Shown here: positions 38,640 through 49,414 of the stretch, piece by piece
How positions within the stretch are numbered: position 1 is the stretch's first letter
Layout: the number at the start of each line of letters is the position of its first letter
NCBI RefSeq assembly: GCF_964204645.1
Contig: NC_134035.1
Coordinates: 6,967,101 to 7,031,100, forward strand
DNA from: Tubulanus polymorphus
Taxonomy: Eukaryota; Animalia; Nemertea
Length of the DNA stretch: 64,000 nucleotides
Direction of reading: 5' to 3'
Notes under the pieces: generated by a model
What the model saw: only the letters and a program-made list of their open reading frames with translations
Database searches by the model: none
Told to the model about the DNA's origin: nothing
Translations under genes and position numbers: made by a program

Positions 38640-39590
38640 TATATACGGAAGTACGGAAGCGATAAGGGGCCTCGAGTTGTCGCGTTCCAACTCGACAAAG
38701 TCGCCATATTTATGTCGGCATATCGCGATATATCACTTCAAGTCGACATGAATATGTCGACATATTGTGACGTTTTGACGACATATTTCGTTTTCTCAAC
38801 CATTTTCCTCGCAACAATTCGACATATTCATGACGACTTGAAACTCAGTCGTACGGAAGCGATTAAGGGCCTCGAGATGTCGCGTTCCAACTCGACAAGT
38901 CGCCATATTTATGTCGACATACCGCGATATATCGCGTCAAGTCGACATCAATATGTCAACATATCGTGACGTTTTGACGACATATTTCGTTCTCACGACC
39001 ATTTTCCTCGCGACAAGTCGACATATTCATGACGACTTGATACTCAGTCGTCATATCACTGGCGTCCTCATCTTACATTTAGACATGTCTTCAAATGACG
39101 GCTTGTCCTATGGAAAATGGGCAAAAAAGCGAAATTTGTCGTGAAAACGTCACGATATGTCGACATATTCATGTCGACTTGACGCGATATATCGCGATAT
39201 ATCGACATAAATATGGCGACTTGTCGAGTTTGAACACGACAACTCGAGGCCCTTCATCGCTTCCGTACAGTCGCCATATTACTGGCGTCCTCATCTTACA
39301 TTTAAACGTGTCTTCAAATGACGGCTTGTCCCGTGGAAAATGGGCGAAAAAGTACGGAAGCGATAAAGGGCCTCGAGTTGTCGTCAAAACGTCACGATAT
39401 ATCGACATATTCATGTCGACTTGACGCGATATATCGCGGTATGTCGACAAAAATATGGCGACTTGTCGAGTTGGAACGCGACATCTCGAGGCCCTTTATC
39501 GCTTCCGTAAAAAAGCGAAATTTGTCGTGAAAACGTCACGATATGTCGACATATTCATGTCGACTTGACACGATATATCGCGATATATAG
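38640..39590. repeat. GTCGAC-rich mosaic of direct and inverted segment copies
   Basis: TACGGAAGCGAT.AGGGCCTCGAG at ~38652(+), ~38852(+), ~39245-39268(-), ~39353(+), ~39486-39509(-). Confidence 0.8.
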
Positions 39591-40845
39591 CTAATAAAGT
39601 GGGCGACAAAACCAAAAGAATGAATTGTCGAAGCGGGCGTTTAAACCAAAATAATCAATTGTCGCTGGCGATAAAACCAAAATATTGAATTGTCGCGGGC
39701 GACAAAACCAAAAAATGAAGTGTCGCGGGCGATAAAACCAAAATCTTGAATTGTCGTGACCTTCACACGCTGTTCGACCAAAAAACTTAATGTTCCGACA
39801 AGAAAATCGTGTTCGAATGAAAACAATTCTGTTTGATCAAACAATACGCTTTTTGTTTGAACCAAAACTTTTCTTCATTCTGACAAAAAAATGTGTTCGA
39901 ATAAAAAGCTATGTTATTGTTGAAATGCTTTGTCCCGGTTAAAAAAATTTGGTTGATCGAAAACAATTTTTTCGAATGAATGTTTGAATGATAACAATTC
40001 TGTACAATTGAACGAAATACTTTTGGTTTGGAGAAAAAACTTTTGACAATATACTTGATGTTCTGACAAGAAAATTCTGTTCAAATTAAAACGATTCTGT
40101 TCGATCGAACGATTGTTCGAACAAAAAACCTTTCGTTTGGACAAAAAAAGTTTCTTCAACTTTGGTCTAACCATTTTTTCAAATTGGTTCAATCGAACAG
40201 AATATTATTTGTTGGAACGGAATAAATTTTTTTCCGACGAAAGAATTTTTAAGCGAAAGGTCCTATGAACGAAAAAAAAGATATTTCTGGGGCTCCGCAG
40301 TAACCTTAAGCCGGACATAGGTCGGCCTTGCGACGCGATGCGATCCTCGCGTTGCATCGTAAGTTTCGGCGCAAGTCGGTTGCGATACGATTGTCAGCGA
40401 CTGTGTACGACTAGTTTCTGCCAGTCGCAAGAGCGTGTAGGTCGGTTGTGACAGTCGTGTCGCGTCGCAGAAAGTAGAACGTCGTAATATAATTTGATGA
40501 GGAAAATGGGTTACTGTTAAAATTAGTTTTTAAAAACCGCGACAGAATGTGCAATCTTTCGGTAATAAATTTGTTAATTTATGCTTGAATTAATAATCGA
40601 TGTGACAAGAAACGTGCGGTAGATTTCGGAAAGACGACTTAGAAAAACATGTCGGCTCTTTGAATGGGGCTCAATTTTCGATGTTTACGGCCCGACAGTG
40701 CTTTTGTAACGTTGATTCTTCAAAATTCGCACGGAGTATTTGTAGATCGAACTGAGCTGAATGATATCAGACGGATTGTATCGGCAACAGCGGTAATGTA
40801 AAAAAGCCTTTGTACTTTTGACAAAAAATGTGTGGAAAAAAATAA

Positions 40846-41313
40846 TAATAATAATAATAAGAAACACGCGAATCTCAATAGGGTTTTCTGTGATGTAACA
40901 GAAAACCCTAATAATAATAAGAAGAAGAAACACGCGAATCTCAATAGGGTTTTCTGTGATGTAACAGAAAACCCTAATAATAAGAAACACGCGAATCTCA
41001 ATAGGGTTTTCTGTGATGTAACAGAAAACCCTAATAATAATAAAAAACACGCGAATCTCAATAGGGTTTTCTGTGATGTAACAGAAAACCCTAATAAGAA
41101 ACACGCGAATCTCAATGGGGTTTTCTGTGATGTAACAGAAAACCCTAATAATCACGCGGATATCAATAGGGTTTTCTGTGAAATAACAGAAAACCCTAAT
41201 AATAATAAGAAACACGCGAATCTCAATAGGGTTTTCTGTGATGTAACAGAAAATCCTAATAAGAAACACGCGAATCTCGATAGGGTTTTCCGTGATGTAA
41301 CAGAAAACCCTAA
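40846..41313 (-). repeat. Eight tandem copies of the HINE terminal hairpin separated by variable (TAA)n
   Basis: Unit AAACACGCGAATCTCAATAGGGTTTTCTGTGATGTAACAGAAAACCCT(AAT)n with a 13-bp stem. Confidence 0.9.
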
Positions 41314-41607
41314 TAAATGTATCCGATTTATTTAAATTACCAAATACAAAAGGTAATAATATTAAACATTATACATTAGAACCTTTATATCTATCAAAAG
41401 ATTATGATTCAAATGGTGTTATAGATATATTATATTATGAGAATCATTATATATGGATTAAACTAATTGATTTATTTTTTAAATCAGAAACTAAATTCAG
41501 TAATGAGAGTGCATTATTAAATCATAGATTTTTTAAGTAGTTCATTAGATGATTTATCAAAATCATTAGTTGATGATGAATTAAAAATATTAAAACAACA
41601 TTATCCA

Positions 41608-44600
41608 TGTTGATGCAAGTGAGAACTACATGTCGTTGAAAATAGTTGACGCGCCGATAGAAATGTCAGATCAAACGATTATCAACTTTGTTTCCAAATA
41701 TGGAGAATATGCTGAAGGATCATTTAAAATGGGACGAATTAAAGGTACTAGCATATATACTGGGACTAGGTATCTTAAGTTAAAAAACGTCATTGAGGTT
41801 ATTCCGACATACACAAGAATCAACGGTTTCAATATCAGGATTTTCGGTACGGGCTTTTGCTGTCAGTTTTGCCTAGGTGATCATAACGCATATGAATGCC
41901 AGCTCAGATCAAAACCAGTCGAGTGTTACCGGTGTGGTAGTTTAAACCATAAAGCGCGAGATTGTGGCAAAATGTCACAGCCGCTCTCTGCACCTGCGGG
42001 TGGAGTAGATCGGGCAGTGAGTGACAGTATTAAAATCGACCACCCAATTGACCAGCCAATTGATCAACCATCCGGCACGAAAGTTGTCATTCTTGGAGAC
42101 TCAAACATGCGGGATTTTCAATACCCCGATGGAAAAGTAATTCATCAGTCAGGAGCAACTGTTGAATACATCGACCAACTACTCTCGAAAGTTAGCTCAA
42201 ATATTGCCCATCCCGATTCTGTTGAAAGTGTCGTGGTCCATCTCGGAACTAACGACATTAATCGTCATAGATCCGATGTTGACAGTGTTAAAATGAACTT
42301 CACCATTGGGTTAGCGAAAGTTCAGGAGCATTTCCCGAAATCGAAAATTTGCGTATCAAGCATTATACCTAAAAAGGGGTCATCTCCTACCGTAAAAGAG
42401 TATAATGCAGCGGTTGGTTTCGTAAATAGATATATGGAGGCGTTTTGTGTTAAGCAAAATATGATTTATATAAATAATGATGTGATCATCAAACCTACAG
42501 GCAACATTCGAGATAGGTATTACAACGTCAGTGATAGTCGCGGGGTGCATCTTAATGATTTAGGAAAGTCGGCACTTTCCAGTAACTTTGAATCTGTTCT
42601 TAAACCTGACATTACGTCTACACCATCAAATAACAAAAGAAAGAATAGATCGGTGACCTCTCCACCCAGTGCGGAAAAATTAGCGAAAAAACCAAATGTG
42701 GAATCAGATGGCGATGATGAATAAGACTCTTGAAAGAGTGTCCCGACTCGGGTCAATGTTGACATTAATGTGTTCACTCGACTAGAACATTTATTCTATG
42801 GTTGATATATCAGGCAATAATACCTGTCGTTATTACGACGAAAATGAATTACTCTCAAGTGGAGATAATTTATCTTTTTTTTTCACATAATGCCAGGAGT
42901 TTCAATTCAAATTTTGATAAAATAACGGATTTTCTCTACTATTCGGCCGATAAATTTTCTGTTCTAGGATTCACAGAGACATGGACAAATGATGACCATG
43001 ATAATAGTATAATGTATAATATCCCTGGTTATTCAAGCGAATTCAATTCCAGGATCGAAACCCAGGGTGGTGGAGTAGCTCTTTATATCAAGAACTCATT
43101 GAAATATAAAACCCGCAACGATATCGCACCAAGTTCTCTTACATTCGAATCTCTTTTTATCGAGATTGATATGGGCAAACGCTCCAATATCATTATGGGA
43201 GTAATTTATAGACCCCCAGGAGGAAGGCTCGATCCCTTTGTTGAAGAGTTTGAAAAACTACTTGTAAATATCAATCGCGAAAACAAACGGTGTTACCTTA
43301 TCGGTGACTATAATATAGATTCATCCAAATTTGATGAGCACAGAAATACTGAGGTGTTCGTGGATACTCTGGTTTCATCATCTTTTTTTCCATTGATTGA
43401 TAAGCCTACCAGAGCAACCACGAACACATCCAATGTTATTGATAATATCTTTACTAATGATTTAAATGTCAATCATACCTCCGGGATTATTTGTACTGAT
43501 TTATCGGATCATTATCCTGTTTTTACAATGTGCAAGAAGATTTTAAATTGTTCAAATAACAGACAAAATATGAATCGTTCTTACTGTGCTAAAAATATAT
43601 CCAAGTATCGTAGACTCCTATTAAGCACTGATTGGAATGATATTTATTCATGCTCAGAAGTTGATCAGTCCTACCATAATTTTTCAAACAAAATTAATCT
43701 TGCGTTTAATGAAGCTTTCCCCCCTTCTCCCGACCCAACTAAATGATAGACAACGCCTTGAGAAGCCGTGGATTACTCCAGCGATATTTAACTCCATTAA
43801 GCACAAAAACCGACTTTATAAGAAATCAATTCGTTCTACATCCGTGGATGTCAAGAATAGTTACAATTCTTATAAAAACATTCTTACTAAAATCCTAAGA
43901 AAAGCTGAATCTGATTATTATTCTCAAAAGTTTACCGATATAGGTACTGATATGAAACTTAAATGGAAACTTATTAACCAGATACTTCGTAAATCACCTT
44001 CTCCTATTTTACCTAGTGTTCTTAAACAAAATAACCAGGAATTCAAAGGCGACTATCGCATAGCGTGTGGGTTTAACGATTTCTTTTCTAAAATAGGCTC
44101 ACAAATTTCTGAGACTATACCTGATTTCCCTGGTCCCAACTACACATATTACCTGAAAAATCGTACTAACGAAAATTTCTTTATGTTTCCTACTAATCCT
44201 TGTGAAATTGAATCTATAGTTAGAAATTTTTATCCGAAAAAAAGTGCAGGGTTGGATGGTATTAGTACATCTTTACTTAAAGACACAATAGATCTAATAA
44301 ATGCTCCTTTATCGCATATATTTAATTGTAGCTTCTATGATGGTATTGTTCCGTTTGACATGAAACAAGCCAAAGTTTACCCGTTATTTAAAATCAGGAG
44401 ATTCTGAAAATTTCAATAATTATCGTCCAATCTCTATTCTTCCGGTATTTATAAAGATTTAGAAAAGCTGGTCTTTAACAGATTAATCCTCCTTTCTCAA
44501 TAAACATAACGTTATTTCTTCAAATCAATTCGGTTTTCGATCAAATCATTCCACAGCACTTGCTCTTGCCAAAGTAACAGACACCCTAACATCATACCTT

Positions 44601-45916
44601 GATAAAAAATATTCAGCCATAGGCATTTTCTTAGACCTAAAGAAGGTATTCGACACGGTCAACCACACAATTCTGCTCGGTAAATTAGATCACTATGGTA
44701 TTCGGGGTTTACCTCTCAAATGGTTCGAAAGTTACCTGTCTGATCGTGGTCAAATTGTTTGTTTTAATGGTATTAACTCGTCAAGAAGGGGTATAACTAT
44801 AGGAGTTCCCCAAGGTTCTATTCTCGGTCCTCTTTTATATCTATTATTCATAAATGATTGTGTCAATGCTTCAAAAATTCTTGACTTCACCCTTTTTGCA
44901 GATGACACAACATGCTTCGCTTATTCAAAAGATCATAAGAAGATATTCCAACTGATAAACAATGAACTCATCAAACTTCGAATGTGGTTTCAAGTTAATA
45001 AATTGTCTCTTAACCTTGAAAAATGTTATTTTATGATTTTCGGAAATTTCAAGGTACCCCTTGTGCCATAAAAATTGGAAATGTCCCAATATCGCAAGTT
45101 CATTCCACAAAATTTCTTGGTTTATATATTGATAGTAAACTGACGTGGTCTGACCACATATCATTTGTCTGTAAAAAGATCTCTCGTAGTATTGGTGTTT
45201 TGAATAGAATTAAAAGACGATTGCCAGTTTTAGCGATGAAAACCTTATACTATAGTTTTGTTTACCCGTATCTCTAATACTGCAATTTTATCTGTGGCAA
45301 TAACTACGAATCGAGAATCAGGCCAATAATCCTACTTCAAAAGCGTGCGATCAGGGTAATATCGAAGGTTACCTTCTTTGACCATACAGCCCCCATCTTC
45401 AAAAACTTAGGTATCCTTACTTTTCGAGCAATGACGAAATTTCAATTGTGCTTTTTCATATTTAAATATAAGAATTCACTACTGCCTAACTCGTTTTCAG
45501 ATTATTTTTCATTAAATTCCGACTTTCACCATCATCATACTCGAAACCGTCATGCATTCAAAGTAGAACAATTTAGAACCAATCGAAAGAAATTTTCATT
45601 AAAAGTATCAGCCCCTTTAACTTGGAATAACTTACCTTACTCACTGAAGGTCATTGGATCAGTATCCCCTCCAGTTTTTAAACGTGCTCTCAAACAGTAT
45701 CTTCTCAATTAATGTTTCGATAACCTTGCCAGTCTCTGCCATCTGAAACTTAAATATTTTCAGTGTGAATGTAGTGTGAAAGAGAGTGTGATTGGGTGTA
45801 CGAGGGTGGCATGAATATCATATAAACCTTAACAGGTTTCTTCATGTTTCCCTCTATCTTGAATTTTTGTATTTGTATTACTTTGTACGATTATTATAAT
45901 TCAAAATGGAAAAATA

Positions 45917-45965
<49 letters not shown>
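41608..45965 (+). mobile_element. Second CR1/L2-group LINE, 5'-truncated in ORF1, (TAA)n tail
   Basis: ORF1 41630-42724; fragmented APE/RT ORF2 ~42800-45712; (TAA)n at ~45918-45965; inserted between PolB codons HYP and NNDD. Confidence 0.9.
41630..42724 (+). CDS. LINE ORF1 remnant: two CCHC knuckles + SGNH esterase
   Basis: CQFCLGDHNAYEC, CYRCGSLNHKARDC; ILGDSN, SGAT, HLGTND, DSRGVHLN blocks. Confidence 0.85.
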   Translation: MSLKIVDAPIEMSDQTIINFVSKYGEYAEGSFKMGRIKGTSIYTGTRYLKLKNVIEVIPTYTRINGFNIRIFGTGFCCQFCLGDHNAYECQLRSKPVECYRCGSLNHKARDCGKMSQPLSAPAGGVDRAVSDSIKIDHPIDQPIDQPSGTKVVILGDSNMRDFQYPDGKVIHQSGATVEYIDQLLSKVSSNIAHPDSVESVVVHLGTNDINRHRSDVDSVKMNFTIGLAKVQEHFPKSKICVSSIIPKKGSSPTVKEYNAAVGFVNRYMEAFCVKQNMIYINNDVIIKPTGNIRDRYYNVSDSRGVHLNDLGKSALSSNFESVLKPDITSTPSNNKRKNRSVTSPPSAEKLAKKPNVESDGDDE

Positions 45966-45968
<3 letters not shown>

Positions 45969-48286
45969 CAAATAATGATGATTTTCAATTAAAGAGATAT
46001 AAAGGCGCGATTCCATATTCATTTTATAAATCGCATAATGATTTTAACATAACTGAATTATTAAAATAACAATTCTATGATGAATCAAGAATCGAATATG
46101 TTAAAGATGGCGTTTATAATAGATCATTGAATATTTGGAATCATTTCAAAATAAAAAATCATGGACAATTAGTAGATTTATATTTAAAGCCAGATGTATT
46201 ATTATTACCTGATTTGAAAGGTTTAGGGATGTAAATCTAAAATATTTTAATATTGATCCATGTGATTGTTATTCTAGCCCAGGTTTAACTTGGGACTGTG
46301 GTTTAAAATTTACTGATATTAAAATGGATTTATTAACAAATATAGATCAATTATTAATGTTTGAAAAATCTATAAGAGGAGGTGTTTCAGGTGTATTAGG
46401 TGATAGATATTTCAATGTAAATGATTATCCTGGATATAAGTTATTATAATATAGATGCAAATAATCTATATGGTTGGGCAATGATCGAACCACAACCTTA
46501 TGGAGTATTTCAAATAACTGAAATTTTACAGCACGAAAATGTTGATAAATTTGATTGGAAGAAAATAATTCTAGATATTGCAGATGATTCAGATAGTGGT
46601 TACTTTTTTGTTGTAGACTTGGAATATCCTGAACATAAAAAATTTAAATCTAGAAATCTAGCATACTGTCCTGAACAGTAAACTGTAACACATGAAGAAT
46701 TATCAAATTATCAAAAAAGAATTAAACCCGATAATCATATTCATACAGAAAAGTTAATGGTAACTCAGGAAATAAATATAATTATGTAGTACATTATAGA
46801 ATTTTGAAATTCTATTCGAATCAAGGAACTATTCTAAAAAAAGTACATAGATATATTTCATTCAGTCAATCTAAATAGTTCGAGAAATATATAGATTTTA
46901 ACACCAAACAGAGAACTAAAGCTAAAACTGATTTCGAGAAAGATTTTTCCAAACTAATGAATAATGCATTCTATGGTAAGACTTGTGAAAATATTCGAAA
47001 TAGAAATGATATTGAGTTAGTTTGTAAAGGTAAAAGAATTAGACATTTACAAACATATCCTAAATTTATTGGTAACAGAATATTTGATGAAAGTTTAGCC
47101 GTTGTTAAAATGAAAAGAACAAGTATGAAGTTTAATAAACCTATTTATGTTGGAGCATCAGTTTTAGAAATATAAAAATTACTGATGTATGAATTTTACT
47201 ATAACGTATTACAACCATTTTGGAGAAAAGCATATAGAAATCTTATATTTTGATACAGATTCTTACATATTAAAGATAAAAACTAGTAATATAACAGATG
47301 ATTTAAAAACATTAAAACATCATTAGGACGTCGTGGTAACACGACGTCCTGTTGGAATCGTGTAAGTTAGTTGGTTAAGACGTAGATAATTTCTCGGAAG
47401 TGACTGAAAGCTTGGTGATATAACTTGCACATTATTTTAGTCATGAATTTTAAAGGATTGAGATTTGTTTCTCGTGGAATTCTATGCGGCAATTGCTGAG
47501 AAATTTCCAAAAAACATGCGATTTTGGCCCGTTTTGGTTGTACGTCGTGGTTGAAGAGTTAACGCTATGCTGTTGTTATGGGATACCGCAATAAAAACAA
47601 ATTATACAGATAATGTTTGATGGAGATATAAATATTTATTAATAAAAAATATATAGGTTTTCAATCGGCACAAATTGGTGGTGTTTAATAATTTATTTGC
47701 GGGACTATTCTCGCTGGACATGAAGTGGAGTAGTCGGAGCAGTACACGTACACGTGCGCCGTTTTCCAAGAATCCGTAAGTATTGTTCAATTTATTTTGT
47801 GAATTGTGTATCTCACATGTCTCAAAACCTCACACGCTTGCACTGCTTTGTGATGGAATATGTCCATCAGTCGTTTTCTATGTTGTAACTGGAGGGTGCT
47901 GCCCTCTCTCTCTCGAAAATACAGAACAATAGGTGATTGTGTTAATATCTTTTGTCCGCCTTTTTACTGGTTTTTGGGTATATTCCGAGTCGATATTTGG
48001 AGGAAACTTCTACTGTGGAACAGGCAGAATAGGACCTCGTTACATCTGGTGGCAGCGTAGTGGGATTTGATTGTGAAAAAACCAGTTGAAATTGAGTTGA
48101 AGCGGTGAACACGTTTTTCTCCGTTTAGTCTGTGTAAATTACTGTTACTTTTTGTGTGTACTTAACGTATTTTTTTACCTACTTCGTAATTCCTAGTACA
48201 TATTTAGTATTTTTAAGTGCCTGTTTCCCCTACATTTATTTGCGGTCCTGTATTTTCTGTGTCATTTATATAAAAGAATAGTAATT

Positions 48287-49405
48287 ATGTCGGATGTTGA
48301 GAATGATGTGTGTGAGCCCTTGGCATTATCTAGGCCTATGTCACCAACGGCCGGAGCTGCACATCATGACCTCCTGGTTAGTGGGGAGGGTAACCTCTCG
48401 TTAAAACCAAAACGTGGCCGTCCAACGAAGACAAAAGCCGAAAATTTGAAAACATCTGAGGATTCCATCCTCCAGCGACTGACTGAAGTGATGGAGAGGG
48501 TCGTGACGAGAGATGCACCCACCACGAAAATGCACAATATTCCGGCACCCAAACCCTATACCATGGGACACAATTTCCGCGTTTGGCTCGAAAGGTTTGA
48601 CGCGTTCGCTGACCTGGCCCAGATTAGTTCTCGCATCAACGGGGGCGAACAGCGTAAATCACACCTGATGATGCAACTTGACCATGAGGCATACCAGGCT
48701 GTCTCGAACCTACGTCTCGACTCGAGCCTGTCGTATGATGATTTCTGTCGGCGGCTATCATCCCGTTTCCAACAAACAAAGACTGTGGATGACTTTAAGA
48801 TGTTGTTGAAAGGGAGGGACCAAAAGACAACTGAATCTGTGGAACGCTATTCCGACGAGTTAGCAGAGCTGGCAAGGAACGCATACCCTGGCATTGCCTT
48901 CGAGCTGCAGGATGAATTGGCCAAAGACCAATTCCTTAAAGGTAATAGCCTACCCGTCTCAGCGAAGCAGTCAATGTATGCGGCCCAGCCAAGTTCGTTG
49001 GCTGCAGCAGTCGCTCAAGCACGGACTCTGGAAACAGCGAGACGGTTGACTGAGGGCACGACTCATAAACAAAAAGTATCCGTTAACCAGACCCAGCTCG
49101 ACTCGACTAGCTCAGCCATAACCAAACAACTCGACGAATTGAAGTCGATGATGGGAACGCTGATGACTCGAGTAGGCCATTTGGAAGCAGTTGTCTCTGG
49201 TAATGGCAATCGTCGACCACCCGCCGATGACAAATGTTGGCGTTGCAGGGATGCAGACCACCCCAAAAACTTGTGCCCACAAGTTAAATGCTATAATTGC
49301 GGGGGGAGTGGTCACTATTCAAGTAACTGCCACCTACCTAAGGGAAACCAGGGAAACGAGAAGCGGGGTTTTCAGGGGGGCAGTGGAAACCCCATCAGGA
49401 AATAG
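48287..49405 (+). CDS. gag: Gag with C-terminal zinc knuckles
   Basis: WLERFDAFA, QKTTESVERY, DQFLKG; CWRCRDADHPKNLC and CYNCGGSGHYSSNC. Confidence 0.92.
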   Translation: MSDVENDVCEPLALSRPMSPTAGAAHHDLLVSGEGNLSLKPKRGRPTKTKAENLKTSEDSILQRLTEVMERVVTRDAPTTKMHNIPAPKPYTMGHNFRVWLERFDAFADLAQISSRINGGEQRKSHLMMQLDHEAYQAVSNLRLDSSLSYDDFCRRLSSRFQQTKTVDDFKMLLKGRDQKTTESVERYSDELAELARNAYPGIAFELQDELAKDQFLKGNSLPVSAKQSMYAAQPSSLAAAVAQARTLETARRLTEGTTHKQKVSVNQTQLDSTSSAITKQLDELKSMMGTLMTRVGHLEAVVSGNGNRRPPADDKCWRCRDADHPKNLCPQVKCYNCGGSGHYSSNCHLPKGNQGNEKRGFQGGSGNPIRK

Positions 49406-49414
49406 TCCCCCCTG
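49351..49414 (+). promoter_or_regulatory. Programmed -1 ribosomal frameshift signal (G GGA AAC + pseudoknot)
   Basis: Heptamer 49351-49357 in gag phase, 7-nt spacer, stem 1 GGGGTTTTC/GGAAACCCC, stem 2 CAGGGGGG/CCCCCCTG; the -1 frame is open into pol. Confidence 0.8.

Larger units (their letters stand above)
18843..41313 (-). mobile_element. Array of three Helentron-associated (HINE/DINE-1-like) non-autonomous units with nested insertions (~18843-25855, 25856-35131, ~37778-41313)
   Basis: On the minus strand the 5' end is TTAGGGTTTTCTGT..ACAGAAAACCCTA (subTIR + palindrome) then (TTA)n; the 3' end is CAGAAAACCC subTIR + GCTGC-TTG-GCAGC hairpin + TATATT (clearest at 25856-25890); homologous blocks at 25670-25850, 31420-31509 plus 35010-35130, and 40660-40890. 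Confidence 0.72.
41313..47325 (+). pseudogene. polB: Polinton-type pPolB, remainder (41313-41607 and 45971-47325), split by a LINE
   Basis: INV..EPLYLSK..YENHYIWIK, RFLSSSLDDL, SSPGLTWD, FEKSIRGGVS, IDANNLYGWAM, KLMNNAFYGKT, KPIYVG, YFDTDS; many stops and frameshifts. Confidence 0.85.

Noticed and set aside
38367-39530. ORFs up to 200 aa
   Set aside because: Translations of the GTCGAC-rich repeat mosaic
40846-41313. CRISPR-like array of palindromic repeats, and the long ORFs across it
   Set aside because: Spacers are only (TAA)n, there are no cas genes, the context is eukaryotic, and the unit equals a transposon terminus; the ORFs are repeat artefacts
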